The notes beneath the pieces are model-generated. The model saw only the letters and a list, made by a program, of their open reading frames with translations, did no database searches and had not been told where the DNA came from. A stretch of 64,000 nucleotides of DNA. It comes from Candidatus Eiseniibacteriota bacterium. Its GTDB lineage: Bacteria > Eisenbacteria > RBG-16-71-46 > CAIMUX01 > VGJL01. Made by a program: the position numbers and the translations under genes. The stretch lies in the NCBI GenBank assembly GCA_963792585.1, contig CAWBWI010000001.1, forward strand, positions 448,001-512,000, written 5' to 3'. Of the stretch, positions 1 to 15,318 are shown in pieces (position 1 is the stretch's first letter; each line of letters starts with the position of its first letter).

Positions 1-445
1 TCCAGGAGATCCACCTGGTCCTCGCGCAGGAGAAGCATCGTCAGATCGCCGAGGTCACCCTGCACGTCAACGGGGCCGACATGACGAGCCGCCAGGAGAC
101 GCACGACATGGTCGAGTCGATCGATCAGGTCGTCGATCGGATCGAGAAGCAGTTGAAGAAGCTGAGCGCGCGCATGAGGGACCGCAAGACCCGGCGGGTC
201 GTCTCCGCCTCGCATCCCGTGGAGGAGGCGGAGCTGCACGGAGGTGGAGCCCGAGGAGGAGTTCGCGCCGGTCGTCGTGCGGGGGAAGCAGTGGCACCGG
301 GAAGCGATCAGCGTCGAGGACGCGATCCGGCTGATCCGCGAGTCGAACGCGGAGTTCGTTCTCTTCAAGAACGTCCGCAGCGGAAAGGTCAGCCTCATCC
401 ACCACCGGGCCGGACGGGAACTTCGGGCTCGTCGAGTCGGAGTAG
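1..445 (+). CDS. hpf: Ribosome hibernation promoting factor, long form (5' truncated by window; apparent frameshifts near 240 and 408)
   Basis: Stitched frames give ...AEVTLHVNGADMTSRQETHDMVESIDQVVDRIEKQLKK (S30EA core), then ...ISVEDAIRLIRESNAEFVLFKN...GKVSLIHHR.DGNFGLVESE* (long-HPF C-terminal domain); TAG at 443-445. Confidence 0.85.
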
Positions 446-466
446 AGGAACGAACGATGGCCGGCG

Positions 467-1426
467 ATGACGGTCCGCGAGTTCTACGAGCGCGCCGGGG
501 AGCTGCTCCATTTGAACGCTCCTCGGCAAGGGGCTCGAGAGCCGGCAGGACGTCACCGTGAGCGACATCAATCGCCCGGGTCTCGCCTTCACGGGGTTCA
601 CGGAAAACTTCCTGTACGAGCGGATCCTGATCTTCGGGCAGACCGAGATCACCTACCTGAAAGCCCTCTCCGAGGTCGAGCGAGGCCGGGCGATCGAGAA
701 CGTCCTGCAGTTTCCGATTCCCTGCATCATCGTGACGAAGGGGCTCGAGCCGCCCGACGAACTTCGAAACATGGGCGAGGCGCGCTCCGATTCCGCTCTT
801 CGGGACCGCCATGGACACGACCCCGCTGATCCACGAGTTGACGGACTTCCTCGACGAGGCCTTCGCGCCGACGACCGCCGTGCACGGCTCCCTCGTCGAC
901 GTATATGGCGTCGGACTCCTGATCACGGGACGTAGCGGGATCGGCAAGAGCGAGTGCGCGCTCGACCTCGTCGAGCGGGGTGCGCGGCTCGTTGCCGACG
1001 ACATCGTCACGATCCGACGACGCCACAATGTCCTGATCGGTTCCGGCAACGAGATGGTCCGCCATTGCATGGAGATCCGGGGCATCGGGATCATCGACGT
1101 GCAGGCCATCTTCGGGATTCGCTCGATCCGCGCCCGCAAGCGAATCGAGGTCGAGGTGAACCTGCAGGAATGGGATGCGGCGAAGGACTACGAGCGCCTC
1201 GGACTCGACGAACGCCACACTTCCATCCTCGACGTCCGGATCCCGCTGGTCGTCGTTCCGATCTTCCCCGGAAAGAACATCACCGTCATCGCCGAGACGA
1301 TCGCGCTGACGTATCTGGTCAAGGCATACGGCTACGATCCGGCGCGAGCACTTCAACGAGAACCTCCTGCAACTGATCCGCCGCAAGCGGAACCTGGCCG
1401 TCCTCGCCCGGGACGACCTGGAGTAG
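467..1426 (+). CDS. hprK: HPr kinase/phosphorylase (about 3 apparent frameshifts)
   Basis: DINRPGLAFTGF N-terminal motif; VHGSLVDVYGVGLLITGRSGIGKSECALDLVERG (Walker A), LVADD, MEIRGIGIIDV and PGKN; stop at 1424-1426 in a shifted frame. Confidence 0.92.
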
Positions 1427-1431
1427 ACGCG

Positions 1432-1821
1432 ATGGAGAGCGAGGTCCTCGGCATCTTGGTTACCCACGGAGGGCTCGGCCGCGAATTGGTTCGCACGGCG
1501 GAGGCGATCCTGGGGCCCCAAGAGCACATCGAGTTCGTGAGCAACAGCGGAGCGTCCCTCGAGGGTCTCTCGGAATGGGTCCGTCGCCTGGTCGAGGATC
1601 GCGCCGCCGGACCGGTCTACATGTTCGTGGACCTGGCCGGAGGCAGCTGCGGCCACGTTTGTCAGGAGGTGCGCCGGCTGCGGCCGGACACGGTCGTCTT
1701 CACGGGCGTGAACTTGCCGATGTTGCTCGAGTTCTTCCACTACCGTGGGCGCGTTGCGGACGAGGAACTGCGGCGGCGTCTGATGGCGAAGGGACGCGAC
1801 GGGATTCAGTGTCTGGGGTGA
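1432..1821 (+). CDS. PTS mannose/fructose-family EIIA component
   Basis: GILVTHG (phospho-His), VDLAGGS and TGVNLPMLLE motifs. The apparent fusion to hprK in the ORF track results from a frameshift. Confidence 0.88.
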   Translation: MESEVLGILVTHGGLGRELVRTAEAILGPQEHIEFVSNSGASLEGLSEWVRRLVEDRAAGPVYMFVDLAGGSCGHVCQEVRRLRPDTVVFTGVNLPMLLEFFHYRGRVADEELRRRLMAKGRDGIQCLG

Positions 1822-2312
1822 ACTCCTACCTCTGGGTCCGGGTGGACGATCGTCTGCTGCACGGCCAGGTTGCGCTCGGCTGGCGACACGCGCTCGAGCC
1901 CGCCGCGTTCCTGATCGTCGATGACGCGACAGCCGGCGATGCGTTTGCATCGAGTCTGTTCGAAGGCGCCCTTCCCGAGGGTATGGAACTGACCATTCTG
2001 GATCGGGCGGGTTTCCTCGACCCGTCCATCCCACGGCCGGACCCGTCCCGCACGGTCGTCCTCATCCGCGCACTGGCCGAACTGCGAGGGCTCTGCGAGG
2101 GCGGATTCCGACCCGAGCGCGTCAACCTCGGCGGCCTCCATCATCGTGAGGGCGCGCGTCGCTATCTCGACTATCTCTACCTGACCGAGCAGGACGTCGC
2201 CGACAGCCGGTGGATGCTCGCTCGGGGAATCGACCTCTTTGCACAGGACTTGCCCTCCTCGCCGCGGCGCGCGGTCGGCGGGCTTCTCGACTCCGGAGGC
2301 TTCGCTCGATGA
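1818..2312 (+). CDS. PTS mannose/sorbose-family EIIB component
   Basis: VRVDDRLLHGQV signature and VNLGG; GTGA overlap with EIIA. Confidence 0.9.
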   Translation: MNSYLWVRVDDRLLHGQVALGWRHALEPAAFLIVDDATAGDAFASSLFEGALPEGMELTILDRAGFLDPSIPRPDPSRTVVLIRALAELRGLCEGGFRPERVNLGGLHHREGARRYLDYLYLTEQDVADSRWMLARGIDLFAQDLPSSPRRAVGGLLDSGGFAR

Positions 2313-4456
2313 ACCGGCTCCAGTTGATCATCGTCATCCACAATCATCAGCCCGTCGGCAACTTCGACCATGTGGTGGAGGATGCGTACCGGCGCTCCTA
2401 TCTTCCGTTCCTCGAGTTTCTCGAACGGCGGCAGGAGTTGCGGATCGGCCTTCACAATTCGGGCTGTCTGTGGGAATGGCTCGAGCGTCACCACCCCGAC
2501 TACGGCGACCGGGTGGCTCGACTCGTCGAGCGCGGCCAGGTCGAGTTGCTGGGCGGCGGGTTCTATGAGCCGATCCTGCCCCTGCTGCCCGCCCGCGATC
2601 GGCGCGGGCAGGTCGCGCGCATGAGCGGGTTCCTCGAGGAGCGATTCGGCAAGCGTCCGAGCGGTATGTGGCTGGCGGAGCGGGTCTGGGAACCGCACCT
2701 CGCCGGCGATCTGGCGCTCGAGAGGATCGAGTATCTCTGTCTCGACGATACCCAGTTCATCCAGATGGGCTTGAAGGACGATGAACTCAAGGGCTCGTAC
2801 ATGACGGAGGATTCCGGGCTCGCCGTCACCCTCTACCCGATCCAGATGCTGCTCCGCTACCAGATACCCTTCTCGCCTCCCGAGACGGTGATCGAGACGC
2901 TGCGCGCCTCCGCCGACGAGGGGGAGGGGACGATGCGCCTCTTCGGTGACGACGGCGAGAAGTTCGGGATCTGGCCGGGGACCCATCGACTCTGCTACGA
3001 AGAGCATTGGCTCGATCACTTCCTGGACGCCCTGCTTCGAGAAGCAAGCTGGCTCACCCTGGTCCTGCCCGGGGAACACTGCGGGCGCAATGCGCCGCGC
3101 GGGCGGGTCTACCTTCCGCCCGGCTCCTATCGCGAGATGACCGAATGGGCGCTGCCGGTCGATGCCCGCCTGCTCTTCGAGGAGACGCAGCGCGCTCTCA
3201 TCGAGCAGGGGCGCGGGGAAGCGGAGCAGGTGCTTCTTCGCGGCGGGTTCTTCCGCAACTTCCTCTCCCGCTACTCCGAGTCCAATCGAATGAACAAGCG
3301 AGTCCTCCGAGCGCATGCCCGTCTCGATGCCGCCAAAGGAATCCCGCGAAAGAAGATCGCCGAGATTCGGGACCATTACTGGCGGGCGCAGTGCAACTGT
3401 GCGTACTGGCACGGCGTCTTCGGAGGGCTCTACCTACCGCACCTTCGCGAAGGGATCTACCGCGAGTTGCTCCAGGGCGAAGCCCTGTTCGAGCGGGCCG
3501 TCCACGGTGCGGGGCCCTGGGTGGAGGCGTTCCAGGAGGATTTCGACCTCGACGGCGCCGATGAGGTGATCCTCGCCTCGGACAGGCTCGGCCTCGTCCT
3601 TTCACCCCTCAACGGAGGTGGTCTGATCGCGATCGACGACCGCGAGGGGGCGCGAAACCTGGTCAACCCGCTCACGCGCAGACGCGAGGCGTATCACTCC
3701 GAGATCGGCAAGGAACCCCCGAAGGAGGACGGCGGGGTCCATACGATCCACGACCGCATTGTCTCGAAAGAGGAGCACCTCGAGCGTTTCCTGGTCTACG
3801 ACCGCTGGGAGCGGGTGGCTCTGATCGACCGGTTCTTTCGGGGCGCACCCGGTCCGTTCGATCTCGTGGACGGAGGAGCCGGCGAGCGGGGCGACTTCGC
3901 GGGCGGACGCTATCAGATCGCAGAAGTCATCCGGGAAGGACGCGTCGGTGCGCGGCTCGTCCGAGAGGGCCGTCTCGACGGCGACGAGCGCCTCACCCTC
4001 GCGGTCGAGAAGACGGTTCTCCTGTCTCCCGGCGTCGATGGGTTCGACGTCGAGTACTGCCTGCGATCCCTCGGTTCCGACTCCCTCTCGTTCCACTTCG
4101 GCGTCGAGTGGTTGATCAACATGCTCGCGGGACGCGCGCACGACCGATTCGTTCTTGTGGACGGTCGCCGGCCGGAAGACCCCGCGCTGGCGGCGGCCGG
4201 GAATCATCCGGGGGCGCGCCGGCTCTCCCTCGTCGATGCATGGCTCCAGGAACGGGTGGACATCGAAGCGCCGGACGCGGCCGGTTGGGTGCGGAACGCG
4301 CTCGAGACCGTTTCCCTGAGCGAGGCCGGAGTGGAGCGGATCTATCAAGGGACGATCGCGATGCCCTACTGGCCGGTCACGCTTGCCCCTGGGGAGGAGA
4401 GGAACCTGACGATGCGCATCTCCCTCCGTCACGGGGCATCGGTCGGGGAGCCTTGA
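2309..4456 (+). CDS. GH57 4-alpha-glucanotransferase/alpha-amylase (GH57 core with DUF1925/DUF1926-type C-terminal domains)
   Basis: HNHQP, GGFYEPIL, GMWLAERVW (Glu nucleophile), GDDGEKFG (Asp acid/base), AQCNCAYWHGVFGGLYLPHLR, LTRRREAYH, SEAGVERIYQG. Confidence 0.93.
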   Translation: MNRLQLIIVIHNHQPVGNFDHVVEDAYRRSYLPFLEFLERRQELRIGLHNSGCLWEWLERHHPDYGDRVARLVERGQVELLGGGFYEPILPLLPARDRRGQVARMSGFLEERFGKRPSGMWLAERVWEPHLAGDLALERIEYLCLDDTQFIQMGLKDDELKGSYMTEDSGLAVTLYPIQMLLRYQIPFSPPETVIETLRASADEGEGTMRLFGDDGEKFGIWPGTHRLCYEEHWLDHFLDALLREASWLTLVLPGEHCGRNAPRGRVYLPPGSYREMTEWALPVDARLLFEETQRALIEQGRGEAEQVLLRGGFFRNFLSRYSESNRMNKRVLRAHARLDAAKGIPRKKIAEIRDHYWRAQCNCAYWHGVFGGLYLPHLREGIYRELLQGEALFERAVHGAGPWVEAFQEDFDLDGADEVILASDRLGLVLSPLNGGGLIAIDDREGARNLVNPLTRRREAYHSEIGKEPPKEDGGVHTIHDRIVSKEEHLERFLVYDRWERVALIDRFFRGAPGPFDLVDGGAGERGDFAGGRYQIAEVIREGRVGARLVREGRLDGDERLTLAVEKTVLLSPGVDGFDVEYCLRSLGSDSLSFHFGVEWLINMLAGRAHDRFVLVDGRRPEDPALAAAGNHPGARRLSLVDAWLQERVDIEAPDAAGWVRNALETVSLSEAGVERIYQGTIAMPYWPVTLAPGEERNLTMRISLRHGASVGEP

Positions 4457-5145
4457 GCATCGGGATCGGAAGCGCGCTCGTTCTGCTCGTCTGGGCCGGG
4501 CTGTGCGCCGCCGATCAGCGAGCGATCGGTTCCCGTCAGATACACCAACCCCTGGTCGCGGCCGTCGTCGCGGGGTGGATCCTGGGCGCACCCGACCGCG
4601 GCCTCCTTGTGGGACTCTGGCTGCAACTCGTCTGGCCCGCCCCGATGCCGATCGGGGGCGCCCTGCTGCCCGACACGGGGAGCGTGGCGGTCGTCGCGGC
4701 GATCCTGGCGACCGCCGTCCCGGGCGGAGAGGGGTTCCTGCTCGCCATTCTCTTCGCCCTCCTGATCGCGTGGATTTCCATTCCATGGGAGCGGCGGTTA
4801 CGGACGGTCAACGCTCGGATGGAGGAGCGGATCCTCGCGAGCAATGGCGAAGGCCTCGACCGCGCGATCCTCGGCGGGGTCGCCGGACCCTTCTTGCGCG
4901 GGGTCGCATGCGCAACGCTCGCGCTGGCGGTCTCGGTCGCGGCGAGGCGATGGATCGAACCGCTTCCGGCGACGCACGTATCCGGTTCGCTGACCGCGAG
5001 CCTCATTGGTGGAGCCGGCACACTGGGTCTCTCCGGTCTCCTCGCCCGGGTGCAGACCGAGACCGGTCGGACCTGGTTCTCCTGGACGGCCGGGGGACTC
5101 ATCGCGGGCGCGGCCGGCCGCTTTCTCCTCGAGGCGCTGCGGTGA
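4453..5145 (+). CDS. PTS mannose-family EIIC component (divergent)
   Basis: HQPLVAAVVAGWILG...GLLVGLWLQLVW...IGGALLPD resembles the ManY N-terminus; hydrophobic; TTGA overlap with GH57. Confidence 0.72.
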   Translation: MSIGIGSALVLLVWAGLCAADQRAIGSRQIHQPLVAAVVAGWILGAPDRGLLVGLWLQLVWPAPMPIGGALLPDTGSVAVVAAILATAVPGGEGFLLAILFALLIAWISIPWERRLRTVNARMEERILASNGEGLDRAILGGVAGPFLRGVACATLALAVSVAARRWIEPLPATHVSGSLTASLIGGAGTLGLSGLLARVQTETGRTWFSWTAGGLIAGAAGRFLLEALR

Positions 5146-5843
5146 GCCGAACCTGGAAGCTGGTCGCCCGGGGATTGCTGTTGCAGGCCCTGTTCAATCC
5201 GCGGGGAAGACAGCGCGCGGGTCTGTTGTGGATTCTCGGGTCGCGGGCCGCGGGGCTGACCGACGAGCCGTTCAATGCCAACCCCGTGCTGGCCGGGTAT
5301 GCGCTCGGGTTGATCGAACGGGGCGATTCCAAGGAATACGTCCGGCACCGGGCGGCGCTCGGATCCGCGCTTGGCGCGGTCGGGGACCGGCTTCTTTGGG
5401 GTCTCTTCCGCCCATTCTGCGTGGTGCTGGGTCTGGCGGCATCCGCCGTCGGACCACTGGCTGCAGCGGCGGCCCTCCTCGCGGTGTACAATCCGGCGGA
5501 GTTGGCGCTACGCTGGCGCGCAGTTCACCGCGGTCTCGAAGGCCTCCCGGCGATCCAGTCGGACCTGAGCCGGGGCGGTCTTCTTCGACTGGCCCCGCAC
5601 CTTGCACGGCTCTGCGCGGTGGGCGTGGGGGTCCTTGCGGGTTCGTGGTTGGCAGGGCACATCGTTGCCGGGCGGTATCTCGAGGCGGGCGCCGGGACGT
5701 GTGCCACGACCGCCGGTTGGCTTATCCTGCGGCGGAGGAGTTGGGGTTTCTGGCGACTGCCTCTGGCCGCCCTGATCTTGGGACTGGCTTGGTTCGCCGT
5801 CGAGATGCTGCGCGCCTTCCTCGGTCAAGGCATGCGCGGGTGA
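5142..5843 (+). CDS. PTS mannose-family EIID component (divergent, short)
   Basis: LQALFN..GRQ, FNANP, GSALGAVGDRLLWG.FRP and YN motifs of ManZ; GTGA overlap. Confidence 0.75.
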   Translation: MSRTWKLVARGLLLQALFNPRGRQRAGLLWILGSRAAGLTDEPFNANPVLAGYALGLIERGDSKEYVRHRAALGSALGAVGDRLLWGLFRPFCVVLGLAASAVGPLAAAAALLAVYNPAELALRWRAVHRGLEGLPAIQSDLSRGGLLRLAPHLARLCAVGVGVLAGSWLAGHIVAGRYLEAGAGTCATTAGWLILRRRSWGFWRLPLAALILGLAWFAVEMLRAFLGQGMRG

Positions 5844-5847
5844 TCCA

Positions 5848-6138
5848 ATGGAAGGGGAAAGCAACTTCGTGACGGAACGTAGCGTGATGGTTCGCAACCA
5901 GCCCGGGATCCATGCCCGTCCCGCCGCGCTCTTCGTGAAGAAGGCCGCCCAGTACCGGTCGGAGGTATTCGTCTCCCACGGGGACCTGACCGTCAACGGG
6001 AAGAGCATCATGGGCGTCATGATGCTTGCGGCGGAAGAGGGGGCCGAGATCCGGATCTCCGCGACCGGGCCCGACGAGGAGGCGGCGGTCGAGGCCCTCG
6101 TGACCCTCGTCGATTCGAAATTCGGCGAGGAAGTCTGA
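5848..6138 (+). CDS. ptsH: Phosphocarrier protein HPr
   Basis: GIHARPAA (His15) and [11 protein letters not shown] (Ser46). Confidence 0.96.
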   Translation: MEGESNFVTERSVMVRNQPGIHARPAALFVKKAAQYRSEVFVSHGDLTVNGKSIMGVMMLAAEEGAEIRISATGPDEEAAVEALVTLVDSKFGEEV

Positions 6139-7910
6139 TGGACGCGCACGGCTCAGGCGGACTGGTCCGGATCAACGGCGTCGCCGCATCCCCCGGCCTC
6201 ACGGGAGGCCCCGCCCACATTCTCCTCCACGAAGAGTCCTCGTACGAGGAACGGACGGTGCCCGCTCGCGCCGTGTCCCAGGAGGTCCGCCGCTTCCGCG
6301 TCGCCGTTCGGAGGGCGCGCGATGAGATCTCCGCGCTCAAGGAATGCCTCATCGTCGATCCCGAAGACCCCGGGACGAAGATCCTCGACGCCCACCGGAT
6401 GATCCTCGAAGACCAGGTCGTGCTGCGGGAGGCGATCGATCTGATGGAGAAGGAGCATCTGGCGGCCGACTCGGCGGTGCGCCGCGTCTTCCGCGCCCTC
6501 GCACAGCAGCTCGAGGCATCGGAGACGGAATACCTCCGCAGCCGAGCGGTCGATCTCCGTGACGTGAAGCGAAGGATTCTGCGCCACCTCGGCATCGGTC
6601 CCACGGAGCCGCAGGCGCTCCCGAATCACCCGGTCGTTCTGGTCGCGCGCGATCTCACGCCCAGCGAAACCGCACAGCTCGATCGCGATCGCATCCTGGC
6701 CTTCGTGACCGATCACGGGGGACCGACCTCGCACGTCGCGATCCTCGCCCGCAGCCGGGGAATCCCTGCGGTGGTCGGCGCCGGCAACTTTGCCGAATCG
6801 GTGCGCGAAGGGGATACCGTACTCGTCGACGGCTATTCGGGAGAGGTCGTCGTGCGACCCACGGCCGCGGACACGCGGCGCTTCCAGGCCAGGAAGGTGC
6901 AGCGCGTCAAACTCGCGCGCGCAGCCGACGCCGTCGCCGGGAAGCCGGCGATCACCCTCGACGGACGCGAGGTCGTGCTGCTCGCCAACATCGAGACGCC
7001 CGAGGATGCGGGGACCGCGCTCGACGGCGGGGCCGAAGGGGTCGGGCTGTACCGGACCGAGTTCTTCTTCATTCGCGAGCCGAGACTTCCCGACGAGGAA
7101 TCGCAGACCCGCGTCTACCGGCAGGCTGTCCGGCGGATGCGGGGTCGCCCGGTGACGATCCGCACGATGGATCTCGGTGGAGACAAGCTTGCCTCCTACC
7201 TGGGCACCTCGCGCGAGGACAATCCCTTCCTCGGGATGCGTGGCATCCGCTTCTCGCTCGCCCACCCGGACATCTTCCGCCAGCAGATCCGCGCCATTCT
7301 GCGCGCCTCGGCAGCGGGGAAGGTTCGGATCATGCTGCCCATGGTCAGCTGCGTCGATGAGTTGCGGGCCGCGCGCCGAATCATGGGGGAGTGCATCGCC
7401 GAGCTCCGGACCGAAGGGCACGCGATGGCCGAGACGGTTCCCCTGGGGGTGATGATCGAGATTCCCGCGGCGGTCGCGATCGCCGATCTGCTGGCGCGCG
7501 AGGCGGATTTCTTCTCGATCGGATCGAATGATCTGATCCAGTACTCCCTGGCCGTGGATCGCGGGAATGAAAAGATCGCGCACCTCTACGATCCGTTTCA
7601 TCCGTCCGTGTTGCGCCTGCTGCGCCAGACGGTCCTCGCGGGACGCGAAGCGGGGATCCCGGTTTCTTCGTGCGGCGAGATGTCGGGACAACCCCTCGGC
7701 GCCCTGGCGCTCCTCGGTCTCGGCTGCTATCAGCTGAGCGTCTCGCCTTACCAACTGCCGCTCATCAAGAGCCTCGTGCGTTCCGTGCGACTATCCGGGC
7801 TCGAGTCGCTCGCCCTCGCCGCGCTCGCCGCCCCGACGAGCACCGAGGTGCGCGTGCTCCTCGAGTCGGGGGTTCGCGCGGCCGGGCTCGATCTGGATGC
7901 CTACCAATGA
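6138..7910 (+). CDS. ptsI: PEP-protein phosphotransferase (Enzyme I)
   Basis: [51 protein letters not shown]; no GAF domain. Confidence 0.97.
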   Translation: MDAHGSGGLVRINGVAASPGLTGGPAHILLHEESSYEERTVPARAVSQEVRRFRVAVRRARDEISALKECLIVDPEDPGTKILDAHRMILEDQVVLREAIDLMEKEHLAADSAVRRVFRALAQQLEASETEYLRSRAVDLRDVKRRILRHLGIGPTEPQALPNHPVVLVARDLTPSETAQLDRDRILAFVTDHGGPTSHVAILARSRGIPAVVGAGNFAESVREGDTVLVDGYSGEVVVRPTAADTRRFQARKVQRVKLARAADAVAGKPAITLDGREVVLLANIETPEDAGTALDGGAEGVGLYRTEFFFIREPRLPDEESQTRVYRQAVRRMRGRPVTIRTMDLGGDKLASYLGTSREDNPFLGMRGIRFSLAHPDIFRQQIRAILRASAAGKVRIMLPMVSCVDELRAARRIMGECIAELRTEGHAMAETVPLGVMIEIPAAVAIADLLAREADFFSIGSNDLIQYSLAVDRGNEKIAHLYDPFHPSVLRLLRQTVLAGREAGIPVSSCGEMSGQPLGALALLGLGCYQLSVSPYQLPLIKSLVRSVRLSGLESLALAALAAPTSTEVRVLLESGVRAAGLDLDAYQ

Positions 7911-8911
7911 TCGAAAGAGACCCGATGCGCGGTTGGATCGCCTCGTTTCCGGAGATGCTCGCCGAGGCCTGGGATGCGCCCCCGCCGGGGCAGTATGCCC
8001 TCGAGTCGGGCAGGTTCACCGTGGTCGGGGGGATGGGAGGTTCCGGTATCGCGGGCGCGCTCGCCGCGAGCGTGCTGCAGCGAGGGGGGATGCGGATCCT
8101 CCCGTGGCGGGACCCGGAGTTGCCGGGATGGATCTCGAGCGACGACCGCTTCGTTGCGGTGAGCTACTCGGGGAACACCTGGGAGACCGCAATGATGCTC
8201 GAAGGAGCCCTGGCCCGCGGAGTTCCCACCCGCGTGATCGCGTCCGGCGGCGCGATCTGCGCGAGGGCCGCCGAGAAGGCCATCCCGGTCTTCACGGTTC
8301 CCGGCGGGATGGCGCCCCGCGCTTCGCTCCCGTGGCTCATCAGCGGGGTGCTGCGGGCTCTCGGCGTGTCGCCCGATGAAGAGATCCGGTCGACGCTGCG
8401 CCTCCTGCGCGAGGAGCGCGACACTCCGCGGGCGGGGCGCGATCCACGCCGCATCGCCGAAGCGATGGAGGGCCGGCTCGTCTGCATGATCCCGGTCGGC
8501 CCGGCGATGGAAACCGCCGCGATTCGATGGCGCTCGCAGATCATGGAGAATGCCGAGCAGTTCGCGATCGTCTCCCCACTGCCGGAAATGGCCCACAACG
8601 AGGTGATGGGTTGGGGCTTCCTGCGGGAGGTGGGGATCCGCGTCTGCTGTCGTGCGCTCGTGGAGCGCGCTCCATCGCCTGGGTCTTTCGAGAAGATCCT
8701 CGCCGGACTGGAACGGGAGGCGGAACGCTCGGGCCTGCCGTTCGAGGTCGTGCCGCCTGCGGACGCGGAGGGTCTTGCGTCGGTGCTCGCGCAGGTCTAT
8801 CTCGGAGATCGTGTGAGCATGGAGCTGGCCGATCGAAGGGGCGTTGCGGCCACGCCGGTCGAAGCGATCTCCAGAATGCGGGCGATGGGCGGAAAGGAGC
8901 CCGGCCGATGA
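7907..8911 (+). CDS. Bifunctional phosphoglucose/phosphomannose isomerase family (SIS domain)
   Basis: [38 protein letters not shown]. Confidence 0.85.
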   Translation: MIERDPMRGWIASFPEMLAEAWDAPPPGQYALESGRFTVVGGMGGSGIAGALAASVLQRGGMRILPWRDPELPGWISSDDRFVAVSYSGNTWETAMMLEGALARGVPTRVIASGGAICARAAEKAIPVFTVPGGMAPRASLPWLISGVLRALGVSPDEEIRSTLRLLREERDTPRAGRDPRRIAEAMEGRLVCMIPVGPAMETAAIRWRSQIMENAEQFAIVSPLPEMAHNEVMGWGFLREVGIRVCCRALVERAPSPGSFEKILAGLEREAERSGLPFEVVPPADAEGLASVLAQVYLGDRVSMELADRRGVAATPVEAISRMRAMGGKEPGR

Positions 8912-9909
8912 CAAAACCGGTGGCAATCGTCCCGGCGGCGGGAGTGGGCACGCGCCTGCGCCCCCACACCCACACGATCCCGAAGGCCCTGATCAACGTC
9001 GCGGGCCGCCCGATTCTCGCCCACATCCTCGACGGATTGATCGCCGAGGGGGTCGAACGTGTGGTCGTGATCGTCGGCTACATGGGGGACCGCATCCGCG
9101 ACTACGTCTCCAAGCGCTACGGCGTTGCCGTCGAGTTCGTCGAGCAGGAGGAGCGCCTCGGTCTCGGTCACGCCGTGTTTCTCGCGAGCGCGACGATCGC
9201 GGATGGCCCCGTCGTCATCGTCCTGGGAGACACGATCGTCCACACCGACCTTTCGATGTTCCTGAGCGGGCCCGACGTCGTCCTCGGTGTCAAGGAGGTG
9301 GACGACCCTCGACGTTTCGGCATTGCCGAGGTGGAGAACGGCCGCGTCACGCGGCTGATCGAGAAGCCCGACCAGCCGCCGAGCAATCTCGCCCTGGTGG
9401 GTCTCTACTACGTGCCACGCTCCGAGCTGCTGTTCGCGACGCTCGAGGAGCAGATCCGCGCAGGCCGGACGAACCGCGGCGAGTATCAGTTAACCGACGC
9501 CCTCTCCGCCTTGCTCGCGGGCGGGATGAGTATGCGTGTGCACGCGGTCGAGGGTTGGTTCGACTGCGGGAAGACGGAGACCCTTCTGTCGACCAACCGC
9601 TATCTGCTCGAGCTCCTGCCCAGTTCCCCCGCGATCCCCGGGGTGGTGGTGATCCACCCCGTGTCGATCGATCCGACCGCGGACATCCGTCATTCGATCG
9701 TCGGACCCTACGTTTCCGTCGCGGGGGGCGCGAGGGTGACGGGTGCGGTGCTGCGGAACTCGATCATCAACGAGCATGCCGAGGTGGCAGACATGCTGCT
9801 CGACAGCTCGGTCGTCGGCGAGAACGCGATCGTGCGGGGGTCGTTCCAGGTTCTCAACGTGGGGGACTCATCCGAGGTCACGTTGGCGGGGGGAACGAGC
9901 GCCCCGTAG
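8908..9909 (+). CDS. Sugar-phosphate nucleotidyltransferase (long-form glucose-1-phosphate thymidylyltransferase-like, with hexapeptide C-terminus)
   Basis: PAAGVGTRLRPHTHTIPKAL, LGD, EKP, GEYQLTDAL, WFDCG. Confidence 0.9.
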   Translation: MTKPVAIVPAAGVGTRLRPHTHTIPKALINVAGRPILAHILDGLIAEGVERVVVIVGYMGDRIRDYVSKRYGVAVEFVEQEERLGLGHAVFLASATIADGPVVIVLGDTIVHTDLSMFLSGPDVVLGVKEVDDPRRFGIAEVENGRVTRLIEKPDQPPSNLALVGLYYVPRSELLFATLEEQIRAGRTNRGEYQLTDALSALLAGGMSMRVHAVEGWFDCGKTETLLSTNRYLLELLPSSPAIPGVVVIHPVSIDPTADIRHSIVGPYVSVAGGARVTGAVLRNSIINEHAEVADMLLDSSVVGENAIVRGSFQVLNVGDSSEVTLAGGTSAP

Positions 9910-9974
9910 GTCTTGCCTCGCCCCTGCCCGGCCGCTAATCTCGACCTTTCGACCAGACCAGAAGGAGAGGACGC

Positions 9975-14608
<4,634 letters not shown>

Positions 14609-14612
<4 letters not shown>

Positions 14613-15318
14613 GGGGAGTCAGGACCGAAGGTCGGCCAGCGTTCCGTAGGCTGGGCGGGCGGTCCTCGTCTGCGGCGCTTCTCCTCCTGACGATGGGCTC
14701 GAGGCCGGCCGGCGCCGCTGATCCCCGCGCGGAGGGCCTGCTCGCGCAAATGCGGCCAGACCTGGAAGGCTCGTACGCAGCCTCACGGCCCGCTTCGAGC
14801 AGACGGCAGGAGTTCGCGGGCTTCGACGAACCCCTGCTCAGCCGGGGGAGGCTGCAGACTCCTCCGGCCGTGCTACTTCGATCTCACGTTCGATCCGCCG
14901 AATCGGCAGCGCCAGGTCTGCGACGGGACGTTCGTCTGGACCTACATCGAAGAGCAGAAGCAGGTCTTCAAGAGCCCCCCTCGACCAGGAATCGACGCGG
15001 TGCGCGGATCTCCTCGACTGGGCGACCGGAAGGCGCCCGGTCGCTCGGGGCCGTTGTCCGACACGACGTTCGGCCCCGGAGCGGTCCGGCTCGATCTGCG
15101 GCCCGGCCCCGAACCTCCCGCTCGGGAACCCTCCGCGTCTGGGTTCGCGGGAGCGGACGCGAACTGCTCGGCTACGAGGCGACGGACACCGAGGGCAACC
15201 GGACCCGCATGCGCCTCGTCGAGCTGCAGCCCGCGAAGGGGCTCAAGCCCGAGCAGATTTCCGATTCGAGCCGCCTGCGGGGGTCGAGGTGATCGACCTG
15301 GGCGCGGGAGCGCGGTGA
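14609..15318 (+). CDS. lolA: Outer-membrane lipoprotein carrier LolA-like protein (frameshifted)
   Basis: Signal peptide; stitched FEQ..., QVCDGTFVWTYIEEQKQV, DTEGNRT and F.FEPPAGVEVIDL; ftsK-lolA synteny. Confidence 0.7.

Noticed and set aside
811..1821. HprK-EIIA fusion ORF
   Set aside because: Produced by a frameshift near 1350; a natural hprK C-terminus with TAG at 1424-1426 and an EIIA ATG at 1432 are present
9910..9974. SAM/SAH riboswitch before metK (or ahcY)
   Set aside because: Spacers are only 65 and 37 bp, with no recognisable aptamer core
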